Source: Trichoplax sp. H2 (Eukaryota). From it: DNA of 64,000 nucleotides. The notes under the pieces are model-generated. The model saw only the letters and a program-made list of their open reading frames with translations. It made no database searches and was not told where the DNA came from. Positions within the stretch are counted from its first letter, which is position 1. Each line of letters begins with the position of its first letter. A program made the translations under genes and the position numbers. Shown here in pieces: positions 48,153 through 61,800 of the stretch. Where the stretch lies: positions 62,001 through 126,000 of the forward strand of contig NOWV01000142.1 in NCBI GenBank assembly GCA_003344405.1, read 5' to 3'.

Positions 48153-50207
48153 CTACTCCGGTAACTTTTGTATAATCCATTCTTTTAAGATGTTAATTTC
48201 TTCAATTGACATATCATGTTGCAAACCTTCAAACATCTGAAACTGACAATCTATACCTAAAGATTTTAAAGTGTTAGCAACAGCTACGCCCCATTCAAAC
48301 TTGACCAATTCGTCATTATCGCCAGACATAACGATAGCGGACGGAGGTGATCTTTTATAACTGTGCAATTCCTAAAAATGACGATAGATTAATTACACTT
48401 TCTTTCAGGAACATTATGCCTTCAAAAGATACTATCAAACTATCGAAGTAATAATGAATGTGAATACAGTATTAGATAATACTATAATAACCTTAAATAC
48501 AGCCGAATCTTTTGGAACAAAGGAGGATAAGGCAAAAATACCACCTAAGCTTCTACTATAGCGATATCCAGCATGCAAAGCCATAGCACCTCCCATCGAA
48601 AAACCACCTACATAAGTAGTACATATTATATACCGTAAGCAAATGAAGCAATTTATAAGATAAAGAACAAGTAGCTAAGGGGAAGCACTTTTCAAATGAA
48701 TATTCTAATCATGCCGTATCATCAACATCGACTAGTAAAGCAATAATATGACTAGAAACAAGATTCGTATTATCTTATGAACAATCTGTTTATATAGCAC
48801 TGCCTAGAAGTAAAGCACTAACATAACTACAGGATCAAGAAGATTATTTTATCTTAATCAAAATCTATTCACCTCTATCCAATGTCGCGATATCCCTATT
48901 AGCTTATGAGCAATCTGTCTATATAGCACTGCCTAGGAGTAAAGCACTAATATATCTACAGGATCAAGATAATTACGTTATCTTAATCAGAATCTCTAAG
49001 AAAGAAAGCACTATTATAACTACTGGATTAAGATAATAGTATTATCTTATAATAATCTATTCACATCTATGCAATGTTACAATATTCCTATTATCGTGAC
49101 AACCAAAAAAGTTGTATTCACAGCAACAATATCTGAAAGTAGTTTTAGACAATAATAAACTTGATCGATCATTAAAAATTATCCTTCCTATTTAAACTTG
49201 CATTACCGGCGATTTAATGGTAGTTTTACACTAAATTATCTAGGGAGCGTTGTCTAGATTATTGTTAGCAAAGCAAATCAACTTTTAAAATTCCAAATCT
49301 AAACAAACGCTGCGATTACAGAATTCTCACCAATGATAATCCTGTGATAGGGAATACCCTGGCGCACTTCATCTTCAATCAGTTGATGAACTATAGGTTT
49401 AAAATTAAGATTTTAGATCAATGTATTAGTTTGAATTGGTCTTGAAGAATAGCTGTGTTTGTTACTAGTTAGCTTATCTGGTTATAAATACTGCACCATA
49501 ATGAGATAGGCATACGAACAAAGTTTCTACAGAATGCCATTAAAAATCAGTATGTTAACGGAAATTTTGGTAACTGTCGGTAAACTTACTTCTATCCTTC
49601 ATGACATCCACAGAATTTAACATTTCAGTGGTATTGGCATCGATGCTACGACGATCGAACCAGACATTGCTGAGTTGGCCATTTAAAGGTGTATATGGTT
49701 GTTGAGGTCTACGCGAATTGATTGTGATAACATGAAAGAGAGATACTCAATGTTTTTGTCAATCATGATTCGACTATTAATATACAAATAAGAGCTGAGC
49801 TCTTTTTATCAGCTAATACAGTACAGCAATTCACCAATTCAGGTCAATTTCAGTATCTTCCATCATAAGATCTACTGCGCTATTCTATATAACTTACAGC
49901 TGTATAATATCATACATCATTATCGCACATAAATTGATCTTGAATAGAATGAGCACAAAATCAACTTGTAGAATAGGATTTCACACGCAAAAGCAAATTA
50001 GACTTACGCATGTGGATATACTATTCGTATATGAGGAAATCGAAAGACGCCCTTGACCAAGACATTTAACCAATGACGCACACCTACAGCAGTATCCCCT
50101 GATCCATGTAAGAATATTACCGTTGCTGTATGTTTCCTACCACTACTATTAGGTACAACTAAACGTTGTAAAGGTTTGATGAGAGCTGCAGTCTTTTCTG
50201 CAGACAT
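48153..50207 (-). CDS. LYPLAL1: Lysophospholipase-like protein 1 (alpha/beta hydrolase)
   Basis: Five exons at about 50008-50207, 49590-49708, 49331-49391, 48493-48607 and 48153-48371. Motifs are FLHGSGDT, SNVWFDR, nucleophile GGFSMGG, GDNDELV (Asp) and GLQHDM (His). Confidence 0.9.
48775..49095. repeat. ~129-bp diverged tandem repeat in a LYPLAL1 intron
   Basis: TTATGARCAATCTGTYTATATAGCACTGCCTAGRAGTAAAGCACTAA occurs at 48775 and 48904, and a third partial copy starts at ~49005. Confidence 0.82.
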
Positions 50208-51092
50208 TGTGACTATGGTTAAGAGATTGTCTGCCTTCTGCTCATTAACGAGTGTCTGTCTGTATCACTCGCTGCTACAGAGTATTTCCGGCCGTCCAGG
50301 TAGCCCTATCACGTAGATAGAAATTAATTAATTAATACTGTATATCCTATCATAAGCCTCTATGCTTGATTCTATGCTATATTTTAGCACGTAGTAGTGC
50401 AGGGTAACAGTTTTAGATGCAGTAGACCAGTAACGACTCTATAACCTATCTTGTTCTCCCTTCTATAATAATATGAGTAATAAGGAGATTGAAAAAGGAT
50501 GTCGGCGAGTAGTTCTTGAGTAGACCTGCACAGCAACGCTTTATTTCCCTACAATATAGTAATAAGGCCGAGGAAAGAAAGTTGCATAAAGCAACATCAG
50601 ATCTCTAGTGGTAGAATTTTGCGAGCTGTAAACTTTATCGTCTGTTGGACTATAGCTACCTCTCTGAATTGAATCATTTAAACTAAGAAAAAAAGGACAA
50701 TGACATGCTCTAGAACGTCTCCAAAAATCACTTAATTCATATTAGTTTTGAGCTCTTTCTGACAAGATTGGCAATCTATGCCAACCATATGCGACATAGG
50801 CTAAAGTCTAAGCTCGTAAAATTTACACTGATTGCAGAACCTGCAGACCCTAGCTGTAGTTGGAGTTATTTAGTTTAAGCATTTTACAGGTGCATAAATC
50901 TATTGGAGATATTATTTATTTTTTATATATGCTATGCTATATGCTAATCAATAATAACATATAATTAGGCAAAGGTTAGTTCACGCCTCAAGAGTCGGAT
51001 TATTCTTTCGTCATAATAAGTACTATGCTATTTAGTGTAGTTATAGTCACTATTGTCGTTATGTACCAGAATCGACCGATACGCCATCGTTA

Positions 51093-51106
51093 GTTGCTAA
51101 GGTAAC
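51093..51106. promoter_or_regulatory. RFX X-box motif in the LYPLAL1/MINDY4B divergent intergenic region
   Basis: GTTGCTAAGGTAAC matches the palindromic X-box consensus GTTNCY-NN-RGYAAC. Confidence 0.6.
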
Positions 51107-52502
51107 ACTGGCCGATTTGACGCGCATTACTACTTGCTAGAATCGATAGAAATTCTATAGTATAATCAAGATATATTGTGGATATTACGTCTATATGACT
51201 AGATGATAGGCATTAATTAATTAATGGGCTAATACCGGCCTAAACAATCAACCCATTCCATATTAGTAATAGTATTGTTATATGTAAGTCTATTGCAGCT
51301 TTCTACTACTATATATAATTGGCAAGGTAGATTGAAAGATATCAAAATTCATCTATTTTTGTAGTTATATCCGAGCTAGAACTTTTAGAATAGACCCGCC
51401 ATTACGTAGTGTAAAATTACCGTCATTATCAATATTGTTGACGAATCTCTTATAACTATTTAGAGTAGGTGATTACAATTAGTTGAGGACAATGTTTATT
51501 CTTGGCTTACTGCTGCGATAGGATTCTTACAGCTTAAATTATCAAGTATTTAAGAATGTTATTACATTAGTTTAAGCCATAATCATTCATCCTAGTAGTT
51601 TACTTTTTCTTTACTCTTTCTTCTGGTTACTTTTGTTGTATTGGCTTTTATGGCATTAAGATAATAACCGTACAGGCACAGCTGGAGGCGTTTCAAAAAG
51701 TTAAAAAATTGGTATAAAGCCTAGCAGTCACGGTAAGACATAGCGTTTTGAATATTCAACTGTGTAATTTTTTTTGTCAACCTTCAACAACCAGGCAGTC
51801 CTACAAAAATAGTCAGCAACTATATAAAATAATCACTAGATTGATGATGGATATTGATCCTTTATCTCGAAGTAGAACCCAAATCAATGTTTAGCCATCC
51901 TCAGTTGTTGAGTAACCTTATCGTCAGTATTTAATAGTTTTAGTAATATAGTATACACGAGTAAGTGATGTAGATAATTTATGATAACCTACATGACGCA
52001 AGCAAAATCTATGTAATTACAGGCGTGTTTAATAAAGAAATTTGTTCGAAATAGAATTATAGCTAAATTTAGAAGTAGAATCAACGGTAAGTTCAAGATA
52101 TGATGCCTTTAATATCATGCTGTTTTAATAATACAAACATCTAACTAATCAAAATAAAACCAAGGAGTAATGTAAAATCAATCTAAACAACTACCCTAGC
52201 TATACATTTAGTTTTTTTGATTGTTGGAGAAGTAGGATTATAATTATATAAATTGAGATTGTACACTGTTATTTTATGTTTACGTTAGCGATTTCAAGTT
52301 AGATTTGTCAAGAGCTAGCTAATCTTTAATGTAATATAACTAGTAATAGAGCTATTGCCTTTTTCTTTTTAAAATTTACAGAAGCCTAACTCAAGGACAA
52401 GCTCACCTTTAGTTAGAATTGATCATTGTGGTTAACACTTGTATGAAAAAAGTTACTTACAGAGGAACGCTTTCAACCGATATAGTACATAAAATCTAAA
52501 AT

Positions 52503-55500
52503 ATGACTGAAACTATACAATCCGTAGTAGCTCACGTTGATCAGCAAGCCATGCAAAAATTGGCCGATACGCTTGAAATAGAGGCCAAGTAAGTTTCACT
52601 CAATCTAGCGTTAAAAATTTATCCATAATGGCATCTCTGTTAAACGACACAATAATCATTTTGACTGCCAATTGACAATATTCGACATACATAATAAGCA
52701 ATTATGTCGATTTTTAACAAATAACAAACGAGATATCAGTAAATATTATATATATTGTTCACATTTGATTTAGTACATGAAATTAAAACATAACGAGATT
52801 CTTATAAATGTCAAGTTAATATCTACGTTTGTAATTGGTTATGGTCCCTCCCTTTCAATATTAGCCTAAATCTAGCTTCAAATATCAAAATCTAACACTC
52901 ATGTTTTCACATCCTGGCTAGTTGTTCGCTATAGCTAGTCACCTTAATCCTATTATCGAATTATAAAAGTAGAGCAGATTGACATCTATTTTATTTTAAA
53001 ATTGGGGCAAAATAGTTCATGATTTTGTCCTTCTTCATCATCTTTAAGCGAACAATATAACATATCACTTTTTACGAGTACCGACACTGGCTACTTTTTT
53101 TATCATCAGTATTATTTTATTAAAGGCTTTTAGTTAGAAATTTTTTGTAAAGATTTATCTAGTACAGTTATCTAGTAAAGCTCTCTCAACAACAAATTCA
53201 CTTTTCTCGTATCTTACAATAAACTTACGTTATACGTAAACAATCGAGAAGCTAAAGAATATCAACGCACAATAACCCAATTTTGTAGTTAATAGTAAAT
53301 TAAAAAATCGTATGAACCTATTACGAAAATTGGGCAAATTCTGGTATCAGTGCTTTCACTTGATCAAAAATAGCAGAAGTGGCTTACTTAAAAATATTGA
53401 CTGGAGCTAAATTTTATTATATTGCTAGAAGAAACGGATAAAAGATAGGATATTAGCTAGTGTCTTAATTTGATCAGAAAATAATAGAAAGACTTTAGTC
53501 ATGAAACAACATTCAATGCATTATAATTAAATCGCTTTCTGTAACTATGAGTAAAGGTTGGATTATTTACTAATGTCTTAGCATGGTAAGAAATCAAGGA
53601 GAGTATTTAATCATAAATAGTATTAACTGTAGTTAAATTATATCTTGTCGCTGCAACTAATAGATTACACAGTCAATTCCTTAGCAGGGCTAGAAAAATC
53701 ATGGAAAGAGTGCAAAGACAAATATTAATTTCATTCTATACTACCTGAGACTATATATTATTCTATTATTATAACGACAGAAAATCTGCTTTAGCGCTTT
53801 AAAAATTAAAATTACAGAAATAACTTAGACTTGATAATAATGATTACATGATCGTGCCAAAAAAAACAGAAGAATTTTATAGTCAGAATAGTAGCCTACT
53901 AATTAAGATTGATAAAATTTTAGAATAATAGGCACATGATTTTAAATTACAATATATGCTGGTCTATCGTTAAACGCTACAATTTAACTAATGAAGATGT
54001 AGCTGATAATAATATCCATTGGTTGCAATCCTTCTGCCGCTTAAATAAGGATATTATCATCATTTCATTATACAGCATAGACTACGTCAGCTTATAAGAA
54101 CTCAACTACATTCTATGCATTTATAATTACTTCTAAATAGACTCGATCGATCGATCTACTGTATATCACGATGATGTCAGATTAAATGTGCAGTTTGCAA
54201 AATCATTTAGTCCATTGAAATTATTCCTTACCTAATGATGTACTGTACGCTAGATTAATACGACTTATAAGAATTCAGTTTAATTCTATACAACAGAAAT
54301 TCAATTCTGAAGAGACTATAACTGACCACTTAAATGCTAATTTCCAAACCGACCATAGACTAACTGATTCTTCCTGCACGTACATTCAGCACAATGCTGC
54401 CATAATGCGAATCAATCAATTTATTTTCGCCTATATATATGAAATTTACTAACGGCAGTTTAGCCTATAGCACGAGAGTATTAGATTGAAAAATAGTAGC
54501 CCAGTATAACAATTTCACTTTAAAGTTCTGACCGAAATCAGGTATATTTTATAAATAATTAAGCTAATAACTAATCTATTTCCTTTATTACATCTATATA
54601 ACTATCAAGAAAAAAAGCTCAAAAGGTAATTGAAATGTGTCATCCATTACTCTGAAAATTAAAATAAATTGTTAATTAATCCTACGATTTGTCAACAAAG
54701 CTAAAATAAAAAATTTTAATCCGTAGACGGCCATCTTATCTCTAGATGAAAGAGTAAAATTAAAGTTAAAAGAACGAGGTAAAGTCTTACTGTATTTTTT
54801 ATATTATATCGGAAGCAAGAAAAAGAAGGCATTCGGGTTATTATTCTCATTTATCTCATGTCTGTATCATAAATATTATTGATTTCTATGCTGCTATTTT
54901 AGCTCGAATTGAAGCTTCCGCCCGATTTTCTGCATCTTATCAAAAATATAAAACTATTAGTCTAACGGATTCACTGGTATGATTAAATTTAGAAGGACTA
55001 CATCTTAGCTCATTTATATAAAATTACTTTATGTATTCATTGTTATCCCATATTAATTATCGACATAGCTCCATTAAATTGATGTAGTACCTACTCGTAC
55101 TGTCTCATTATTGAATGATGATTAATTTATAATATAATATTCATCCCCGATTATTGTTAAATTAAACTGTCTTTATAGATTTCATACTAAAAATTAATCA
55201 TTTTAACAGTAACTCACTTATAAATTTCAATTGAAGCGCTCAATTTAAAGTTTTAATTCATCTTTCAGTTACACATATACGCTATATTACGTTATTCGAT
55301 AAATTAATCATAGAGCATAACCTGCTTTATATTTAGCATTGAAACTTGATTTCTTCTCCTTCGATCACATGCGACGACCTGCGATGTAATAAATTGTAAA
55401 TTTATGATGATTAGAGACGATTTACATAAAAAAAAATATCGCTAACTTCCGTGAATACACCTACATATTGATAGAGCATGAATTGGTCTACATATTATTA

Positions 55501-58283
55501 TGCAAGCAAATACTATACTATATTGTAAATTGGTTAAACTATATTATCTGCAACTTTTGCATGGATTTACACTGCTACAAGATATTATATGTTAAATTTT
55601 ATCTTAATATCATTCATCAGGCTCTAAGAAAGATCCTTTTCGGTCAGTTAATGGTACCGAAAGAAATTGACTGGTGTCGAGAAAGTTTTATCTTTCATAT
55701 ACATAATTATGGATTACCTTTTGGGCTTAAAATTCATAAGGTATACTACTGATACAGGTTGTCTATTATGTCAGCTCATCCGATTAAGAAACTGAAATAA
55801 TTATCATATTTACTAATTTTATTTAATAACAGAATGGACCATGCGGTGTTATTGCTGTCGTACAAGCATTCGTACTAAGACATTTAATATTTGATGAAGA
55901 CGATGAAAACAACTATAAACGGTAGAGAATGAAGCCCAGTTTTCTTCTGATTGGGCTTTTCATTTATACTGTAGCATCATCATGTATTTCGAATTTAATG
56001 TTTTAAATGCCTACCATGGCCTAACAGATTGAAAGCAGTCAATGAAAGGGAACGACAAAATGCATTAGCGCTAGCTTTGGCTGATATACTGTGGATTGCC
56101 GGTGAAGAAAGTAAAACTGCAATCGTTTTATTACCGCCAGATGATGATCGTTCAAAACCCATAGGAGCATCTCAAGTTAGGCTGAATGACATGACCGAAG
56201 ATGTAAGTTATTCAGTTCTCGAATTTGTCAGTTTTTAGCTAAAGATCGTAAGCTATATTTAGCTAGCTAAAAGATTTGTACACTGCCGATACAGCTTCTC
56301 ATAATGCCGTAATACAATAGTCATTGGAGCCTAGTGAAGTGTCTCTTTTATATGCGTATAGCGGCATAGCAATATAGTTATGAAATATCCCAGTTATCAT
56401 GCTTAGGTACTGAAGGCAGTTGACAACGAATCAAGCTGCTGATTCATTACTTAGTCACCGCGGACTACCTACTACAATAAATTACAGCAAATAACTATTG
56501 CCACTTTTAGATTCTATCCACATCCAGAAATAATACACTGTTAATTATAATTAACTAGGTCGCAAATTTAACAATTTGTAAAGTATTACTCTCCTTGATA
56601 TTTATTGCATCTTGTACTGTGTAGTAATTTTTTTACTATACGCGTATACACAATGCTTTTAACTGCTATTGCAAACTAATTCAGTTCATTCCATTAATTA
56701 GGGAATTCTGTATCAATTTAATGCATTTAATGATCTTCGAGACTTTATCAAGAAGAAATTACCTATTGTAAGGCTGTTTACAGACTTTGATCAAGACTAT
56801 CTACTTGTCCTTTTAATAACCCCTATAATTTTACTACTACGAATCTGTTTTTATCAGTTTCAACATGAATTTGGATATGGTGTCGCATTTTTTCTTTATT
56901 CTGTTATCCTATCCAGAGGGATTGAAAAGTAAATATAATTCAAACTGAAAAACTAATCATTTCAGTCATGCTGGTAAACAAAAAAAAAGCTGTAGTAGTA
57001 TAGTTTAATCGATCTATTTTGTTATGATAGCATACGAAATGATATGGATGATCCAGAGAAGATCTTACTGACTGAGAATGAAAGATGCTCGCAAGAATTA
57101 ATCAACTTGCTACTAGTGGGCAAAGCTGTCTCTTATGTTTTTAATGGCATTTTGGATTACGATTACAAGTTACGAAAGCCTCTGGTTTGTATACCCTTAA
57201 TAATTAATTGATAAGTAATATTATAATCAATATAGTATTATTATCTTCATTGTGTAAATCACTAAGTTATGGAAATAGATTTAAGCTCATTGCTTGTTAA
57301 GTGCGTAAAAGTCATTTTTGATTCGTACGAATAGCAACAACCCCTTTTTGGCATTGACAAACGTGGAGTAGTAGGCCTACTCACGCTGATGGAACATGTC
57401 GCTGAAGGCAACTATACGGTATAAATATTTATGTCTAATAGAGTGATTGAAAACCTGAACGGCTTTTGATATTACCAGTTATGAAACTTCTAAAGAATTG
57501 CAGATACTCACGTTGTATAATTTACTTGCCTATGACATGCAATCAGTATTTGCAGTAATACAGACTGATTTTAGCTTTCCCCAACATAACTCTAATTGTA
57601 TCATGAAAAATTCTAGGTTGGCAGTAAGCTTAAAACACCAAAATATCCCATATGGGTTGTAAATATCGAACTCAGCTTTGCTGTTATCTTTTCTTGTAAA
57701 AGAGATTTGTTAAACGATTGGTAATAGAAACATAAATTAGAATTTATATAAATCTACTTGCTATCTAGATCTACTAATAATAGTAGGTAAATTATTGGTT
57801 GTAAAAAACGCTACTTATCACGGTTAAATTTTTTATGACATAGGAAAGCGGAAAGGCAATTTCATTTATGGTACTATACTGGATTAGTAAGTCAGACGGA
57901 GCTTCAACGGATTCATATCGGTAAGAAACGATCACGAACCGATAGCTAACATTCTATAGTAGTTACGATTATCATGACTATTTTCGTCAACTGTACGAGT
58001 TTTACTTGAATACACTATTATCCCATACAGTGGTATAGCATTATCCAATAATTTATGATCATCTAATTTCATGTAGACACCTTGCAAACCTATATGCCCA
58101 AAAATAAGGATAATGTCGAACCTCTTATTAATCATTGCTTACGTACGAAGTAAGTAGAAAATTGTCTGACAAAAATGATTATCTTTTTTCTCAACTCGCT
58201 TATACTGAATACTGCCAATCATAATTTTAAATTCTAGATGGAGTGGTGTTAAAATTAGTAGTCATAGCTCAATCTCGAAATAG
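52503..58283 (+). CDS. MINDY4B: MINDY4/MINDY4B (FAM188B-family) deubiquitinase-like protein, probably catalytically inactive; N-terminal exons uncertain
   Basis: Confident in-frame exons run from ~54727 to the stop at 58281-58283: ALRKILFG..PFGLKIHK|NGPCGVIAVVQAFVLRHLIF, ALALALADILWIAGE, FFLYSVILSRGIE, CSQELINLLLVGKAVSYVFNG, VGSKLKTPKYPIWVV, LLNDWKAERQFHLWYYTG and CLRTKW. The putative ATG at 52503 (MTETIQSVVAHVDQQAMQKLADTLEIEA|gtaagt) could not be linked exon-by-exon to the core. Confidence 0.78.
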
Positions 58284-58836
58284 CTATTTGCCTATTGGAG
58301 TACAAAGAAATAAGAATCGACTACGGATCTGTCAACAATTAACAATCTTTTAATTATGCCAATCTTAGCTTTAAGCATGGATCTACCGTGATATAAAGAA
58401 TGTTAAATAATAATATACAGTACTACAAAGTAATAAATGGCTTCATAACAGATTTAAAAATGATTTGGTCTCCTGGATTTCATAGTCAGAGAAGATTGTA
58501 TAAGAGAAGGCATCACAATACAAAGAATACATGTATATCACTTGTATATCGCAACACCTTCATAGTTATGTTTTAGTTCAGATGATATACGACCATTCAT
58601 ACAATTTTCAATTAACACTTAAACCAATTTTGAGAATATATGCGAAAATAAACTATTCAAAGAAATTACCGTAAGCTGCAGTAGTTAAAATAGAGTGCCT
58701 TTTTCGTATCTGCAGGTATGGATCAAATCTGTAAAAAAACGATCGATTAAATAATATCATTCAAATTTGTCTCTAGTACCGTATCATTTGGCACAAAATT
58801 GTAACTGCTTGCCAGTCTAGATTTTAAAGCCTACTT

Positions 58837-61800
58837 TTATTCATTGTCTTCAGATTCTTCGAAAATAATCAGTGATTGATCTTTCTCCACTGAATCACCC
58901 TCCTGGAACAACACTGTCTTTACGGTTGCCGATCTAGGCGACACTATTTTGTGCTATACGTCAAAAAATTTAGAAAATTTTAGGAATGTAGCGATAAAGC
59001 AATGAGTTACTTGTTATTAGGTAACAGAAGAAAGAACACCAAATTACTTCTAACTTAATAAATTTCTATGAGAGATAGTAGTGTGCTATTCTTTAATAAC
59101 CAAATAGTTCATATTACACTTACTTCCATTTTCATGGCCTCAATGAGCATTAAGACGTCGCCTGCCTCGACCTTCTGGCCATTTTCTACCAAGACCTGGC
59201 AATTGTAACAGAAAGATCAGTTTTAATATTTTTACTCATGACAAAATAAAATAAATTATAATAACCTTAATGATGGCGCCGGTCATAGGTGCAACAGTCC
59301 CAGCACCAGTAATTGCACTATCTTGTTGCATTGTCACAAATTTAGGTAGCGGAACTTGAACTTTAAACGAGTCATCCTGAAAAGGTGAAATATAATGCTG
59401 AATTTAAGAGATTAAAGCCTGCTGCATAACCATTCATTCGTAAATTACATACAGCAGTAAAAATGTGAAGGCAGTCGTTATAGCGCACTACGCTAGCAGT
59501 ATGCTTCACTCCATTGACGACCGCATTTATGAAAATAGTATCGTCGTCTTCGGCATCAAATATCTTGCCGGCTACTTCCATTTCTAACGTGTCAGAAAGC
59601 TAAGAAAACGGTTTTACTAAGTTCAATATGCATAAACCAATTTAGAGTAAGAGTTATTTTCGTATTTACTAAAAGCTACATTACCTTAATAGAATAGCTG
59701 CCATCACGGTTATAGGTAACTAAAAAGTTCATCTCTGAATATGAAATTTTAGAGCATAATTAGCCAATATTGAAGCACGATACAGTACCTAGTAAAACTG
59801 TAAACATATTTATACCGCTTTCACCATCCATTAACGTAACCGATTTTGAATAAAGGGTATTGAATCTGAGTCCAGACGTTGAATTCCAAGGAGAATATAG
59901 GTCTTCTACAATAAAGATGGAATAGTACATAGCATGTTAATTTCCATTTCTGATAAATACATTGTGATATAACGTGAGTAAACTACGTACGTGAAATGAA
60001 CATATCCCTTAATAAGCCGTCCTTCTGTTCGAATAATAATAAACTCAAACAAGCCAAAGCCGACTGATCGCACGAAAGTACCGACTTGGTAGACTCAAAG
60101 AGCGAATTTTCATGCTCCTAAATTACAGCATAGATAACCATTTCAGATCGATACTTTATTCGATATTTTGCATAATTATAATTACTTGAATAAAGCCAGT
60201 ATGAACATTTCCAGCAATAAATTCGGGATGGCTAGCCAAATCAGTTAGGAATCTTAGATTCGTATTTAATCCAACCACCTAGGTTAATTACGCGTATAGA
60301 ACTGCCGATTATTCTCTTATCGATACTTATTATTTTAATGGTATGCTATTCTTAAGCTATTCATTCCTTAACCAGCTTGCACACATACATGACACTCATT
60401 AAGAGAATAGACTAGTTTTCGTAAAGCCGATTCACGATCTTCTCCCCAAACAATCAACTTGGCAATCATAGGGTCATAGTGCACTGAAACATTATCACCT
60501 GTAAAAAAATAATCAGCGTTGCTATCAGAAAGTGTGGTGCCAGTATGGTATCACCGCCATTTATAATATACTGTATACTCCCTAGGTAATGACACTAGCT
60601 TACTACAGTACATGCTTATGTGAGTGCATTTGATATATTTATTTACCTTGAGTGACACCTGTGTCAATCCTTACAGAATCTGAATTAAGAGGAAACTTGA
60701 GATGCCTTAATGGTCCAGCTCCTGGTAGAAAATTGCTAAAGTAACGATAGAATAACTATTACGGCATAACCCAGTCTTTTAGACACGGTAACTTAAAACG
60801 ACGTTCAACTTCTCAATACAAATCTGATAAAAATCTTACTTATTAGGATCTTCTGCATAAATTCTTGCTTCGGCTGCATGTCCATATGGCTCAATGTCTC
60901 CTTGGAGTAAGGGAAGTTCTTTACCGGAAGCTACCTAATGTTTATCATCGAAGCGTCAGATATGAAGGATAATTGAATAACTATTTAGGCAACATTAGAT
61001 TTCGAATAGTTAACATTAGGTTATCTTAGCTTTTACCTGCAGCTGCCATTCTACTAGATCAGTGTTCGTAACCAATTCTGTAACGGGATGTTCAACCTAC
61101 ATAATATCAAATTAGAAAACGTTGTACTAAAAAGTATCCAGATCAATGGAAAATCCATTTTACTATTCTATCCACTATAACGCACTGGTATTTATTGTCT
61201 ACGTAAGCAAAAAATTAATTTTACCTGCAACCTGGTGTTCATTTCCATAAAAAAAAATTTCTTATGTTTATCCATGATGAATTCTACCGTACCTAGAATT
61301 TTTACACTCAATGTCAAATTGTTTCAAGTACTTTTTAAGCCTAAATATAACATTGAAATCTTGACCTTTACCTGCACCGACATAATTTACAGCCTTTGCC
61401 GCTCTCACTGCAGCTGCTCCAATTTCATGCCTAATACTTTCTGACAATCCCGGCTGTATAATAGGTAATTTGAGATAAGTCATGTTACGTATGCACTGAA
61501 TAAGTAATAAACAGTCGTGAAATAGGAAGTATTAACTGTAAATACTAACGGCTGGTGCTTCTTCAATAATTTTTTGGTGTCTTCGTTGAACACTGCAATC
61601 CCTTTCACTCAAGTAGACTGCGTTCCCATGTTGATCGGCAAACACTTGCACCTCGACATGTCTATTAATTGCATAATAAATTCGTTTTAATTAAGACAAT
61701 TGTAACACCGTTTACTTTACTATTTCTCTTCTATCTTAGCTCACCGTGGCTCTTCAATATATTTTTCAACAATCATCTTATCGTCATTAAAAGACTTTAG

